A DNA stretch of 64,000 nucleotides from the human T2T-CHM13v2.0 reference genome, Homo sapiens (GCF_009914755.1 NC_060939.1), one strand, 5' to 3'. Shown: positions 17,193 through 31,582, numbered from the stretch's first letter. Notes: a model not told the origin generated them from the letters alone. Made by a program: numbers and translations.

Positions 17193-19893
17193 CTAGTGGG
17201 ACAATACCAAAAATTCTAATATTTGTGCCATTAGAGTTGAAAAAGAAGAGGTAACAGTTTAGGACAGAAAAAAATAAAAAATAGCTAAAACTTCACAAAT
17301 TTTGTGAAGGAAAAAAACAACAGATTGAGGAAGCTGACTGAATACAATAAGCACAACACACACACACACACAAAAACAACTCTTAAACATATCATAACCA
17401 AACTGCTGAAAATTAAACAGAAAAAAATATATACTTAAAAATAACTAGAAAACAGCCAGGCACGGTGGCTCACACCTATAATCCCAGCACTTCGTAAGGC
17501 CAAGGCAGGCAGATCACCTGAGGTCAGGAGTTTGAGACCAGCCTGGCTAGCATGGTGAAACCTCATCTCTACTTAAAATACAAAATATATATATATATAT
17601 ATTAGCCAGGTGTGGTGGTGCATGTCTGTAATCCCAGATACTCAGGAGTCTGAGGCAGAAGAATCACTTGGACCCAGGAGTTGGAGGTTGCAGTGAGCCA
17701 AGATTGCGCCATTGCACTCCAGCCTGGACAACACAGTGAGACTTCATCTCAAAATAATAATAACAATAATAATGATAACTAGATAAAAATAATATATTAC
17801 TTATAGGGTAACAATGATTTGACTGACTGCGGATTTCTCATCAGAAATCATAAAGGCCAGCAAGAAATAGAAACACATATTTAAAGTACTAAAAGTAAAG
17901 AACTGTCAACCCACAATTCTATATGCAGAGAAAATATCCTTCAGAGATAAGGACATTCTCAGATAAAGGAAAATTAAGACTATGTGTTGTCAGCAGACCT
18001 GCTCTTAAAGAATTGTCAAGGAAAGTTCTTCTGAGAAAAGGGTAATTATAATACAGAAAAATCTGGAATAACAGCAATGGAGGAAGAGCAATAGAAATCC
18101 AGGGAAGTATAAGAGCCTGATTTTCTCCTCTTGAGTTCTCAAAAATATGCTTGCAAGTTAAAGGCAAAAATTAAAAACTGGCTGAAGGGATTTCCAATGT
18201 AAACAGATATAACACTACTCCAAAAAAAAGGTAGAGGGCTGGGCGCGGTGGCTCACACCTGTAATCCCAACACTTTGGGAGGCTGAGGCAGGTGGATCAC
18301 CTGAGGTCGGGAGTTCGAGACCAGCCTGACCAACATGGAGAAACCCCGTCTCTTCTAAAAATACAAAATTAGCCAGGTGTGGTGACACATGCCTGTAATC
18401 CCAGCTACTCGGGAGGCTGAGGCAGGAGAATTGAACCCAGAAGGTGGAGGTTGCGGTGAGCCGAAATTGTGCCATTGCACTACAGCCTGGGTGACAAGAG
18501 CGAAACTCCACCTCAAAAAAAAAAAAAAAAAAAGTAGAATGGTAAAGGGACTCATGTAAAGGGACTCAAGATTGCGGTTAGGTTTCTGCGTTATTTTAGG
18601 TAATGTAATATTCATATTATGTAATATTTATATAACATTTAATATTTAATGTAATAACTCTAAGTAGATGGTAAAAAGTAGATATATCGTAAGCCCTATA
18701 GCAACCGCTTTAAAAACTACACAGAGATATCAGGAAAAGCAAAAAAAATAAAAATAAAGTGGAATACCAAAACATGTTAAGATAATCCAAAAGTAGACAG
18801 AAAGAAACAGAAGAACAAAAATAAAGGGACAAACATAAAACAAATAATAGAATGGTTGACCTGAATCCAAACTTACCTGTAATTACCTTAAGTATAAATG
18901 GCATAAACACACCACTGAAAAGACAGAGATTAGCAGGATAAATATGATTCTATAAGAAACTCACTTCAAAAATAATATGTAGGTTAAAGTGAATATACTT
19001 AAATACCACTGAAAATAATAACAAAAATAATACTATTATTATGTAGGTTAAAAGAAACGGGAAAAAAGTATACCATGCAAATATTAACAAAAGAAAAGCT
19101 GGAGTATCTATTATAATATCTGACAGTGTTGACTTCAGGGCAAAGAAAATCACTGGAGATAAAAAGAGATACAGAACCATGGAAGAGCCAATTTACAAAG
19201 AAATTATAAACATGTATGCACCTTAAAAAGACCATCAAAACACATGAAATAAAAATCAATGAACTGAAAGGAGAAACAGACAAATCCGTGGTTATAACTG
19301 GAGTAGACAAATCCATAGCTATAACTGAAGACTTCACTCTTTTCCCAAATAAATAACTAGACAGAAAATTGTCAAGAATACAGAAGCTAAAACAGTACCA
19401 TTGGGGTATAATTGTAAAATATATTTGGTTGTGATATTGTGGCTTATATTAATAATAAGAAATATAAATATTTGGTCTTTGTCCCTGGTTCTTGTTCAGC
19501 GCTCATAAAGCCCTTGTAATTTCTGAAGTGACTGGGGTGCTAGGAGCATCTTTTGGTATAATATTTGGTTTTTATACTCGGTTCCTGAAATAGCTCCAGA
19601 TAGATAAAAGATGATAGGAGTGAATTTTGTTATTCATAACAAGCCCCTTTCAACCACATCTGGGATTTTGTTAATGAGGTGACTTTAGGAAACCTTTAAA
19701 GATAGACGGCTGGTTGCCAGGGGAACCAACCCTGTGATTAGAGGGCTGGAACTTTCGGCCCCACTCACAAGCTCTGGGGAGGAGAGAGATGCTGAAGGTT
19801 GAGTAGATTTCCAATGGCTAATGGTTTAATCAATCAGGCCTTAATGAAGTCTCCATTAAAAACACAAAAGCACAAGTTTTGGAAACTAATAAG

Positions 19894-20320
19894 TGTCAGG
19901 CCTCTGAGCCCAAGCTAAGCCATCATATCCCCTGTGACCTGCACGTATACATCCAGATGGCCTGAAGCAACTGAAGATCCACAAAAGAAGTGAAAATAGC
20001 CTTAGCTGATGACATTCCACCATTGTGATTTGTTTCCCCCCACCCTTAATAAGGTTCTTTGTAATCTCCCCCACGCTTAAGAACATTCTTTGTAATTCTT
20101 CCCACCCTTGAGAATGTACTTTGTGAGATCTATCCCCCGCCCACAAAACATTGCTCCTAACTCCACCACCTATCCCAAAACCTATAAGAACTAATGATAA
20201 TCCCACCACCCTTGCTGACTCTCTTTTCGGGCTCAGCCCACCTGCACCTAGGTGAAATAAACAGCCTTGTTGCTCACACAAAGGCTGTTTGGTGGTCTCT
20301 TCACACAGACACGTGAGACA
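19894..20320 (+). mobile_element. HERV-H 5' LTR (LTR7 family, LTR7B/type II-like), 427 bp
   Basis: Starts TGTCAGGCCTCTGAGCCCAAGC. Carries type II-like CCCCACCCTTAAGAAGGTTCTTTGTAAT repeats, TATAAG 20183-20188 and AATAAA 20256-20261. Confidence 0.9.
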
Positions 20321-20907
20321 TTTGGTGCCAAAGACCTGGGTCAGCAGGACTCCTTCGGGAGACCAGTCCCCTGTCCTCACCCTCACTCCGTGAAGAGATC
20401 TACCTATCACCTCAGGTCCTCAGACCAACCAGCCCAAGGAACATCTCACCGATTTTAAATCGGGTAAGCAGCCCTTTTTACTCTCCAACCTCTCTCACTA
20501 CCCCTCAACCTCTTTCTCCTTTCAATCTTGGCGTCACCCTTCAATCTCTCCTTCTCTTAATTTCAATTCCTTTCATTTCTGGTAGAGACAAAGGAGACAC
20601 ATTTTATCCGTGGACCCAAAACTCCGGCACCAGTCACGGACTCAGGAAGGCAGCATTCCCTTGGTGTTTAATCATTGCAGGGACGCCTGCCTGATTATTC
20701 ACCCACGTTTCAGAGGTGTCTGACCATGCAGGGTCACCTGCCTTGGTCCTTCACCCTTAGCAGCAAGCACCGCCTTTCTGGGGGGCAAGTACCCCCCGAC
20801 CTCTTCTTTTGGTGTCTCTACCCCTTCTCCACTTTCCTGGGGGGCAAGCACTCCCCACCCCTTCTCTCCATGTCTCTACCCTTCTCTTTAAACTTGCCTC
20901 TTTCACT

Positions 20908-22060
20908 ATGGGCAACCTTCCACCCTCCATTCCTCCTTCTTCTCCCTTAGCCTGTGTTCTCAAGAACTTAAAACCTCTTCAACTCTCGCCTGACCTAAAA
21001 TCTAAGCGTTTTATTTCCTTCTGCAATACCGCTTGGCCCCAATACAAACTCGACAGTAGTTCCAAGTGGCCAGAGAATGGCACTTTTGATTTGTCTATCC
21101 TGCAAGATCTAGATAATGTTTGTCAAAAAATGGGCAAATGGTCTGAGGTGCCTGACGTCCAGGCAATCTTTTACACATTGGTCCCTCCCTAGTATTTGTT
21201 CCCAATGAGACTCATTCCAAATCTTTCTTCTTTCTGTCCTATCTGTTCCTTCAGTCTCCACCCCAAGCTCTGAGTCCTCTGAATCCTTCTTTTCTACGGA
21301 CTCATCTGACCTCTCCCCTTCTCCCCAGGCTGCTCCTCGCCAGGCCAAGCCAGGTCCCAATTCTTCTTCAGCTTCTGCTCTCCCACCCTATAACCCTTCT
21401 ATCACCTCCCCTCCCCACACCCAGTCTGGCTTATGGTTTTGTTCTGCGACTAGCCCTCTCCCACCTGCCCAACAATTTCCTCTTAAAGAGGTGGCTGGAG
21501 CTAAAGGCATACTCAAGGTTAATGCTCCTTTTTTCTTTATCTGACCTCTCCCAAATCAGTTAGCATTTAGGCTCTTTTTCATCAAATACAAAAACCCAGG
21601 CCAGTTCATGGCCCGTTTGGCAGCAACTCTTAGACGCTTTACCGCCCTAGACCCAGGCGGGCCAGAGGCTGCCTTATTCTTAATATGCATTTTATTACCC
21701 AATCCGCTCCCGACATTAGAAAAACTCCAAAAATTAGATTCCGGCCCTCAAACCCCACAACAGGACCTAATTAACCTCACCTTCAAGGTGTACAGTAATA
21801 GAGAAGAGTTGCAACTACTTGACTCTGCTGTGAGAGAAAACCCCAGCCATATCTCCAGCACACAAAAACTTCAAAACGCCTAAGCCACAGCGGTCAGGCG
21901 TTCCTTCAGGACTTCCTCCCCCAGGATCTTGCTTCAAGTGCCGGAAATCTGGCCACTAGGCCAAGGAATGCCCACAGCCTGGGATTCCTCTTAAGTCGTG
22001 TCCCATCTGTGAGGGACGCCACTGGAAATTGGACTGTCCAACTGGCCCAAGGCTCTGACT
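20908..22060 (+). pseudogene. HERV-H gag remnant (matrix ORF 20908-21192, two nucleocapsid zinc knuckles)
   Basis: MGNLPPSIPPSSPLACVLKNL...CNTAWPQYKLD...WPENGTFD. Knuckles CFKCRKSGH*AKEC and CPICEGRHWKLDC near 21930-22040. Stops and frameshifts in between. Confidence 0.85.
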
Positions 22061-22129
22061 TACTCCTTCCCAGATCTTCTTGGCTTAGCAGCTGAAGACA
22101 CACTGCCCAATCTCCTTGGAAGCCTCAGA

Positions 22130-24680
22130 TGCTTTGGGTAACTCTTACAATGGAGGGTAAGTCCGTCCCCTTCTTAATCAATACGGACGCTACCCACTCC
22201 ACATTACCTTCTTTTCAAGGGCCTGTTTCCCTTGCCTTCATAAGTGTTGTGGGTATTGACAGCCAGCCTTCTAAACCTCTTTATACTCCCCAACACTGGT
22301 GCCAACTTGGAAAACATTCTTTAATGCACTCCTTTTTGGTCATCCCCACCTGCCCAGCTCCCTTATTAGGTCAAGACATTTTAACTAAATTATCTGCTTC
22401 CCTGACTATTCCCGGGCTATAGCCACACCTCATTGCTGCCTTTTTCCCCAGTTCAAAGACTCCTTCACATCCTCTCCTTGTATCTCCCCACCTTAATCCA
22501 CAAGTATAGGATACCTCTACTCCCTCCTTGGCAATAAATGATGCACCCCTTGCCATCCCATTAAAACCTAATCACCCTTACCCCGCTCAACGCCAATATC
22601 CCATCCCACAGCACACTTTAAAAGGATTAAAGCCTGTTATCACTTGCCTGTTACAGCATGGCCTTTTAAAGCCTATAAACTCTCTTTATAATTCCCCCAT
22701 TTTACCTGTCCAAAAACTGGACCAGTCTTACAGGTTAGTCCAGGATCTGCGCCTTATCAACCAAATTGTTTTGCCTATCCACCCTGTGGTGCCAAACCCA
22801 TACACTCTCCTATCCTAAATACCTCCCTCCACAACCCATTATTCTGTTCTAGATCTCAAACATGCTTTTTTTTCACTATTCCTTTGCACCCTTCATCACA
22901 GTCTCTCTTCACTTTCACTTAGACTGACCCTGACACCCATCAGGCTCAGCAAATTACCTGGGCTGTACTGCCGCAAAGCTTCACAGACAGCCTCCATTAC
23001 TTCAGTCAAGCCCAAATTTCTTCCTCATCTGTTACCTACCTCGGCATAATTCTCATGAAAACACACGTGCTCTCCCGCTGATCGTGTCCAGCTAATCTCC
23101 CAAACCCCAATCCCTTCTATGAAATAACAACTCCTTTCCTTCCTAGGCATGGTTAGTGCGGTCAGAATTCTTACACAAGAGCCGGGACTGCACCCTGTAG
23201 CCTTTCTGTCCAAACAACTTGACCTTACTGTTTTAGCCTACCCCTCATCTCTGCGTGCAGTGACCACCACTGCTTTAATACTTTTAGAGGCCCTCAAAAT
23301 CACAAACTATGCTCAGCTCACTCTCTACAGTTCTCATAACTTCCAAAATCTATTTTCTTCCTCCCACCTGACACATATACTTTCTGCTCCCCAGCTCCTT
23401 CAGCTATACTCACACTTCGTTGAGTCTCCCACAATTACCATTATTCCTGGCCCGGACTTCAATCCATCCTCCCACATTATTCCTGATACCACACCTGACC
23501 CCCGTGACTGTATCTCTCTGATACACCTGACATTCACTCCATTTCCCCATATTTCCTTCTTTCCTGTTCCTCACCCAGAACACACTTGGTTTATCGATGG
23601 CAGTCCAACCAAGCCTAATCGCCACTCACAAGCAAAGGCAGGCTATGCTATAGTAGCTTCCATATCTATCATTGAGGCTACTGCTCTGCCCCCTCCACTA
23701 CCTCTCAGCAAGCCGAACTCATTGCCTTAACTCGGGCCCTCACTCTTGCAAAGGGACTATGCATCAATATTTATACTGACCCCATATCCTGCACCACCAT
23801 GCTGTTATGGGCTGAAAAGTTTCCTCACTACACAAGGGTCCTCCATCATTGATGTCTCTTTAATAGAAACTCTTCTCAAGGCCTCTTTACTTCCAAAGGA
23901 AGCTGGAGTCATTCACTGCAACGGCCATCAAAAGGCATCAGATCCCATCGCTCAGGGCAACACTTATGCTGATAAGGTAGCTAAAGAAGCAGCTAGCATT
24001 CCAACTTCTGTCCCTCATGGCCAGTTTTTCTCCTTCTCATTGGTCACTCCTATTTACTCTCCTACTGAAGTTTCCACCTATCAATCTCTTCTCACACAAG
24101 ACAAATGGTCCTTGGACCAAGGACAATATCTCTTTCCAGCCTCACAGGCCCATTCTATTCTGTCTTCATTTCATAATCTCTTCCATGTAGGTTATAAGCC
24201 ACTAGCCCACCTCTTAGAACCTCTCATTTCCTTTCCATCATGGAAATCTATCCTCAAGGAAATCACTTCTCAGTGTTCCATCTGCTATTCTACTACTCCT
24301 CAGGAATTATTCAGGCCCCCTCCCTTCCCTACACATCAAGCTCAGGGATTTGCCCCTGCCCAGGACTGGCAAATTGACCTTACTCACATGTCTTGAGTCA
24401 GGAAACTAAAATACCTCTTGGTCTGGGTAGATACTTTAACTGGATGGATAGAGGCCTTTCCCACAGGATCTGAGAAGGCCACCGTGGTCATTTCTTCCCT
24501 TCTGTTGGACATAATTCCTCAGTTTGGCCTTCCCACCTCTATACAGTCCAATAACAAACCGGCCTTTATTAGTCAAATCACCCAAGCAGTTTCTCAGGCT
24601 CTTGGTATTCAGTGGAATCTTCATACCCCTTACCGTCCTCAATCTTCAGGAAAGGTAAAACGGACTAATGGTCTTTTCCC
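22130..24680 (+). pseudogene. HERV-H pro/pol remnant (protease, partial RT, RNase H, integrase)
   Basis: FLINTDATHS (inactive DTG motif), SYRLVQDLRLIN...VPNPYTLLS, WFIDGS, DWQIDLTHM, YRPQSSGKVKRTNGL. Multiple stops and frameshifts. Confidence 0.9.
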
Positions 24681-24689
24681 AAAAACTCG

Positions 24690-24937
24690 CCAACCAAGCA
24701 AGTAATTACGCTAAACCCCCTTGGGCAGTCTCTAAGTGGATGTCTTGGGTCCTCCCAATTCTTAGTCCTTTAATATCTATTTTTCTCCTTCTTTTATTCA
24801 GACCTTGTATCTTCCGTTTAGTTTCTCAATTGATACAAAACCGCATCCAAGCCATCACCAATCATTCTACACGACAAATGCTCCTTCTAACAACCCCACA
24901 ATATCACTCCTTACCCCAATATCTTCCTTCAACTTAA
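24690..24937 (+). pseudogene. HERV-H env C-terminal remnant (TM helix and cytoplasmic tail)
   Basis: WMSWVLPILSPLISIFLLLLFRPCIFRLVSQLIQNRIQAITN. Most of env is deleted, fusing this directly to the integrase remnant. Confidence 0.8.
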
Positions 24938-25094
24938 TCTCTCCCACTCTAGGTTCCCACGCCACCCCAATCCCACTTAAAGCAGCCCTGAGAAACATTG
25001 CCCATTATCTCTCCATACCACCCCCAAAATTTTTCGCCACTCCAACACTTCACTATTTTGTTGTATTTTTCTTATTAATATAAGAAGACAGGAA

Positions 25095-25488
25095 TGTCAG
25101 GCCTCTGAGCCCAAGCTATGCCACCATATCTCCTGTGACCTGCACGTATATATCCAGATGGCCTGAAGCAACTGAAGATCCACAAAAGAAGTGAAAATTG
25201 CCTTAGATGATGACATTCCACCATTGTGATTTGTTTCTCCCCCACCCTTAAGAAGGTTCTTTGTAATTCTCCCCACCCTTGAGAATGTACTTTGTGAGAT
25301 CCACCCCCTGCCTGCAAAACATTGCTCCTAACTCCACCACCTATCCCAAAACCTGTAAGAACTAATGATAATCCCACAACCCTTGCTGACTCTCTTTTCG
25401 GACTCAGCCTACCTGCACCCAGGTGAAATAAACAGCCTTGTTGCTCACACAAACCTGTTTGGTGGCCTCTTCATATGGACATGAGACA
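25095..25488 (+). mobile_element. HERV-H 3' LTR, 394 bp
   Basis: Direct repeat of the 5' LTR. TATA mutated to TGTAAG (25354-25359), AATAAA at 25427-25432. Confidence 0.92.
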
Positions 25489-26022
25489 ATAAGCATATCC
25501 ATATGTTGTGAGGGTAGTGTATCCTAACTTCATGAGGAAAGAAACTCCTGCTCTGAGGATCCTTCCAGACTTTGCCCTATGTATCTCTTCACCTGTATCC
25601 TCATTTATATCCTTATTAGATAATAAACCAGTAAGCATAAATGAAGTGTTTTCCTGAGTTCTGAGAGCCATTCTAGCAAATTGCACTTCTCTGTCATTTG
25701 CCAGAAGTATTCAGTATAGTAGTAAGAACAGTTTATTTTTTCCTATCTTACATTTTTGTGTCAGAGGATTGGTATTCATTTCCAAATTCCTGGCAGTGCT
25801 TGGAATTTCCTAAGTGATATGAATGCCTTTGTTATGCTAATGAAGTGACTCCAAGCTTCAGGATGGGGGCTGTCACCTGAAAGCATATGACTACATGACT
25901 AGAACCTTCATCTCCACCTCCCAACTTCCAGGAAAAGAGTTACTAGTGATTGAGTTCAATCACATGGCCAATGATTTAATCAACCATGCCTACGTAATAA
26001 GCTCTTTTTGTTTGTTTTTTGA

Positions 26023-26127
<105 letters not shown>

Positions 26128-26248
26128 TGAGTAGCTGGGATTACAGGTGTGCACCACCACGCCCGGCTAATTTTTTTGTATTTCTGGTAGAGACGGGGGG
26201 TTTTACCATGTTTGGCCAGGCTGGTCTTGAACTCCTGACCTCAGGTGA

Positions 26249-26443
<195 letters not shown>

Positions 26444-29089
26444 TAGACTACATGCATGTGCCACCACACCCAGCTCATTTTACTTTTTTGTAGAGACAGA
26501 GTCTGGGTATGTTGCCCAAGCTGGTCTTGAACTCCTAGACTCAATCGATCCTCCCACCTCAGTCTCCTAAAGTGCTGGGATTACAGGCATGAGCCACTGT
26601 GCCCAGCCCTGAACTCTGTATATTAAAAACTCTGTAAATCTTAAATTCAGCTGGATAAAAAAGAAAAAAAAAAACAAACTCTGAACTACAAGGCTCAGGG
26701 AGCTTCCTGGTTGGTGAACATACTGATGTACCAAGAGGGTGGTGTACCCTGGCTCCACAAGTAGAGAAGCTCCCGTGCTTGGGAGCCTTACAAACTTATC
26801 ATATAGTCCTCTTCATCTGATTGTTCATTTGTATCCTTTATAATAAAAAGGTAATTTTAAGTATAGCACTTTCATGAACTCTGTGAGTCATTCTAAGCAA
26901 ATTATTAAACCCAAGGGGATTGTGGGAAGGCCCAAACTTATACTCAACCAGGGAAAATTTGAGTGGCTTGTGGCTCCAGTCTGAAGTGAAGGCAGCTTTG
27001 TGGGACTGAGCCCTGTAACCTGTGAGGTCTGCATTAACTTGACGCAATTAGTGACAGAATTAAAGCGAATTATAGGACACCCAGATGATGTCAGTGAACT
27101 TAATCAAAAACAACCATCAAACAACTGGAACTGACATTTACAGAACACTCCACCCAACAAAAGTGGAATACACATTCAAACTCACAAGGAACGTACACCA
27201 AAAGACTATATAATATCCCAGGTCACAAAACAAATTTTGCAAATTTAAAAGAACGGAAATCATACATACTATGCTCTCTGATAACAAGCTAGTATATTCT
27301 AGCTTAATGTTATTAAGCTAGAAATCAATAACGGCAAGATAACAAGAATACAAACACTTGGAAATTAAACTATAACAACAGGGCAAGGTGCCTGATTTTT
27401 ATATAAATAACACTTTATTGGAACTAAGCCATGCTCATTCATTTATATGTTGTGTATGGCTGATTTTATACTACTAGAGCAGAGTTAAATAACTGCAACA
27501 CAGACGGTATTACACTTAGGCCTAACATATTTATTATTTGGACCTTTAATAAAATGTTTGGCTGGGCACGGGGGCTCACACCTGTAGTCCCAGCATTTTG
27601 GGAGGCCGAGGCAGGTGGATTGATTGAGCTCAGGGGTTCAAGACCAACCTAAGCAACATGGCAAGACACTGTCTCCACAAAAAATATAAAAATTAGCCAG
27701 GTGTGTGGCACTCATCTGTGGTCCCAGCTACTCAGAAGGCTGAGGTGGGAGGATCTCTTGAGCCAGGAAGTTGAGGCTGCAGTGAGCTGTGATTGTAAGA
27801 CTGCACTCTAGCCTGGATGACAGAGCAAGACCCTGTCTCAAAAAAAAAAAAAAAAAAAAAAAAGCCGGGCACGGTGGCTCACGCCTGTAATTTCAGCACT
27901 TTGGGAAGCTGAGGCAGGCGGATCACCTGAGGTCAGGAGTTCAAGACCAGCCTGGTCAACATGGTAAAACCCTGTCTCTACTAAAAATACAAAAATTAGC
28001 CAGGTGTGGTGGTGTGTGCCTGCAATCCCAGCTACCTGGGAGGCTGAGGCAGGAGAAATCTCTGGAACCCGGGAGGCGGAGTATGCAGTCAGCCAAGATC
28101 ATGCCACTGCATTCCAGCCTGGGTGACAGAGCAAGACTCTGTCTCAAAAAAAAAAAAAAAAAGAAAGAAAGAAAAAAAACCAAAATGTTTGCCAATGCCT
28201 GTTCCAAATAAGCCATGGTTAAAGACAAAGTCCCCAGGCAAATTAGAAAATATTTGAATTGAACAAAAAGGAAAATAAAACATATGATATGCAGCTAAAG
28301 CAATGGTTAGAGGAAAAACTATAGCACTGAAAGCTTATATGAAAAATGAGGCCAGGTGCAGTGACTTAGGCCTATAATCCCAACACTTTGGGAGGCCAAG
28401 GCAGGAGGACTTGAGGCCAGGAGTTCAAGACCAGCCTGGGCAACCTATCAAGACCCTGTTACTACAAAAATTTTTTTAAAAAACTTAACTGCATGTGGTG
28501 GGTGCCTGTAGTCCTAGCTACTCAAGAGGCTGAGGCGGGAGGATAATTTAAGCACAGAAGGTTGAGGCTCCAATGAGGTATGATCACTCCATTGCACTCC
28601 AGCCTAGGTGACAGAGATGCTGTCTCTTAAAATATATATATAATATTAAAATAATTTTTAAATTGAAAATAAGCACGGAAGTTTCAAATTAAAACTATAA
28701 GCTTCCACCTAGGGGGAAAAGACAAACAAACTAAACCCAAAACAAGCAGAGGAAACAAAAGACAAAATAATAACAATGAAATTAAAACCAGAAACGTCAT
28801 AGAAAAAAAAAAAATCAATGAGACCAAAAGCCAGCTCTTTATAAAGATCAATACAATTTATAACCTTTTAGGAAATCTGGGAAAAAAGAACTCACAAATA
28901 ATCAATATTAGGAATGAAACAGGGGTTATCACTATAGACTCCACAGACATAAATATATAATTAGGAAACATAATGAACAACATTATACACAGAAAGTGAA
29001 CACAGACAACCATCAAAAACTACAAACTACCACAATTCACCCAAGGTGAAAGGGACCTCCTTAATAGTCCTACTAAAAAAATATGGGCA

Positions 29090-29452
29090 TGATATGGTTT
29101 GGCTGTGTCCCTACCCAAATCTCATCTTGTAGTTCCCATAATCCCCCACATGTCATGGGAGGGATCTAGTGGGAGGTAACTGAATCATGAGGGCAGTTAC
29201 TGCCATGATGCTGTTCTCATGATGGTGAGTGAGTCTCATGAGATCTGATGGTTTTATAAAAGGCAGTTCCCCTGCACACGCTCTCTTGCCTGCTGCCATG
29301 TAAGATGTGCCTTTGTTCCTCCTTTGCCTTTCACTATGATTGTGAGGCTTCCCCAGTCATATGGAACTATGAGTCCATTAAACCTCTTTTTCTTTACAAA
29401 TTACCCAGTCTCAGGTAAGTCTTTATTAGCAGTGTGAGAATGGACTAATACA
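29090..29452 (+). mobile_element. THE1 (C/D-like) MaLR solo LTR
   Basis: TGATATGGTTTGGCTGTGTCCC...GGACTAATACA, 363 bp. Confidence 0.88.
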
Positions 29453-30477
29453 GGCCTAGATTTTTTTTCCAATGGCAAATTCTACTAAACATTTAAAGAA
29501 AAAATGAAACAAATTTTATACAATCTCTCCAAAAAAGAAGAGGAAAAAACACTTCCCATCTCATTTTATGAGTCCAGCATTAACTTGATATTAAAACTAG
29601 TCAAAGGATGGGCATTGTGGCTCATGTTTGTAATCTTAGTACTGTGGGAGGCGAAGGCGGGTGGATTTCTTGAGCCCAGGAGTTTGAGACCAGCCTAGGC
29701 AACATGGTGAAACCCTATCTCTACAAAAAATACTAAAAATTAGCTGGACATGGTGATGCACACCTGTAGCCTCAGCTACTCAGGAGGCTAAAGTGGGAAG
29801 ATCACCTGAGCCCAGGAAAGTCAAGGTTGCAGTAAGCCAAGATACCATCACTGCACTCCAGGCTGGGCAGCAGAGTGAGACCTGTCTCAAAAAGAAAACA
29901 AAAAATAAGAGACCCATATCCCTTATAAACACAAACATGAAAATTCCTCATAAAGTAGTAGCAAACTGAATCCAGCAATACATAAAACGAATAATACACC
30001 ACAATCCGGTATGGTTTATCCTGGGGATGCAAGGCTGACTCAATATTCAAAAATCAATTCATGCAGTACAGCAGATTAATAGTCTAAAAATGAAAACCAC
30101 ATGACCTATCATTTGATACAGGAGAAGCATTTGACAAAATTCAATATTCATTCATGGTATAAAACTCTCAGCAAACTAGGAATAGAAGAGAATTTTCTAA
30201 ACCTAATAAAAGGCATCTAAAAAAACAAAGTTCACACAAACTGTCAGTTTTAACACAATTCCAATTGAAATCTAAGCAGAATGTTTCATATAAATAAGCT
30301 GACTCTAAAATCTATGTGGATAAGCAAAAATTACCCAAAATCTTTATTAAAAAATAAAGTTGGAGGAAACACACTACATGATTTTAAGTCTTACTGTATA
30401 AAGCTACAGTAATCAGATCAGTGAGCTATCTGCAAAAGGACAGAAATATAAACACATGAAACAGAAAAACAGTCCAT

Positions 30478-30878
<401 letters not shown>

Positions 30879-31094
30879 TAGACAGGATGGCCTCGATCTC
30901 CTGACCTTGTGATCTGCCCACCTCAGCCTCCGAAAGTGCTGGGATTACAGGTGTGAGCCACCACACCTGGCCATCAAAAAGATTCCATTACCACTATCTA
31001 ATCCCAGAACATTTTCACCATCCCAAAACAAAACCCCATACCCATTAGCAGTCACTCCCCATTCCCTTCTTCTCTCAGCCCCTGGAAATCACTA

Positions 31095-31582
<488 letters not shown>

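Larger units (their letters stand above)
19894..25488 (+). mobile_element. HERV-H provirus, two LTRs, internally deleted ~5.6 kb form, antisense to TTBK2
   Basis: TG...CA LTRs, 5-bp TSD ATAAG (19889-19893 / 25489-25493), PBS at ~20323, splice donor CGG|GTAAGC at 20464, gag/pro/pol/env remnants, purine tract AAGAAGACAGGAA just before the 3' LTR. Confidence 0.96.
19430..25768 (+). mobile_element. MER21-family solo LTR (inner), split by HERV-H
   Basis: TGTGATATTGT start and MER21-type motifs (TGGTTGCCAGGGGAACCAAC, CCAATGGCTAATGGTTTAATCAATCA, TTTCCTGAGTTCTGAGAGCC) continuing across the HERV-H. Flanking TTGGT at 19425-19429 and 25769-25773. Confidence 0.7.

Noticed and set aside
19886-20410. 174-aa minus-strand ORF and its paralogue at 25075-25452
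   Set aside because: Antisense readings of the two HERV-H LTRs. Their similarity is just the LTR duplication.
23149-24705. HERV-H pol ORFs of 193, 216 and 95 aa as a functional enzyme
   Set aside because: Split by stops and frameshifts, protease catalytic Asp lost, RT core partly deleted. Not replication-competent.
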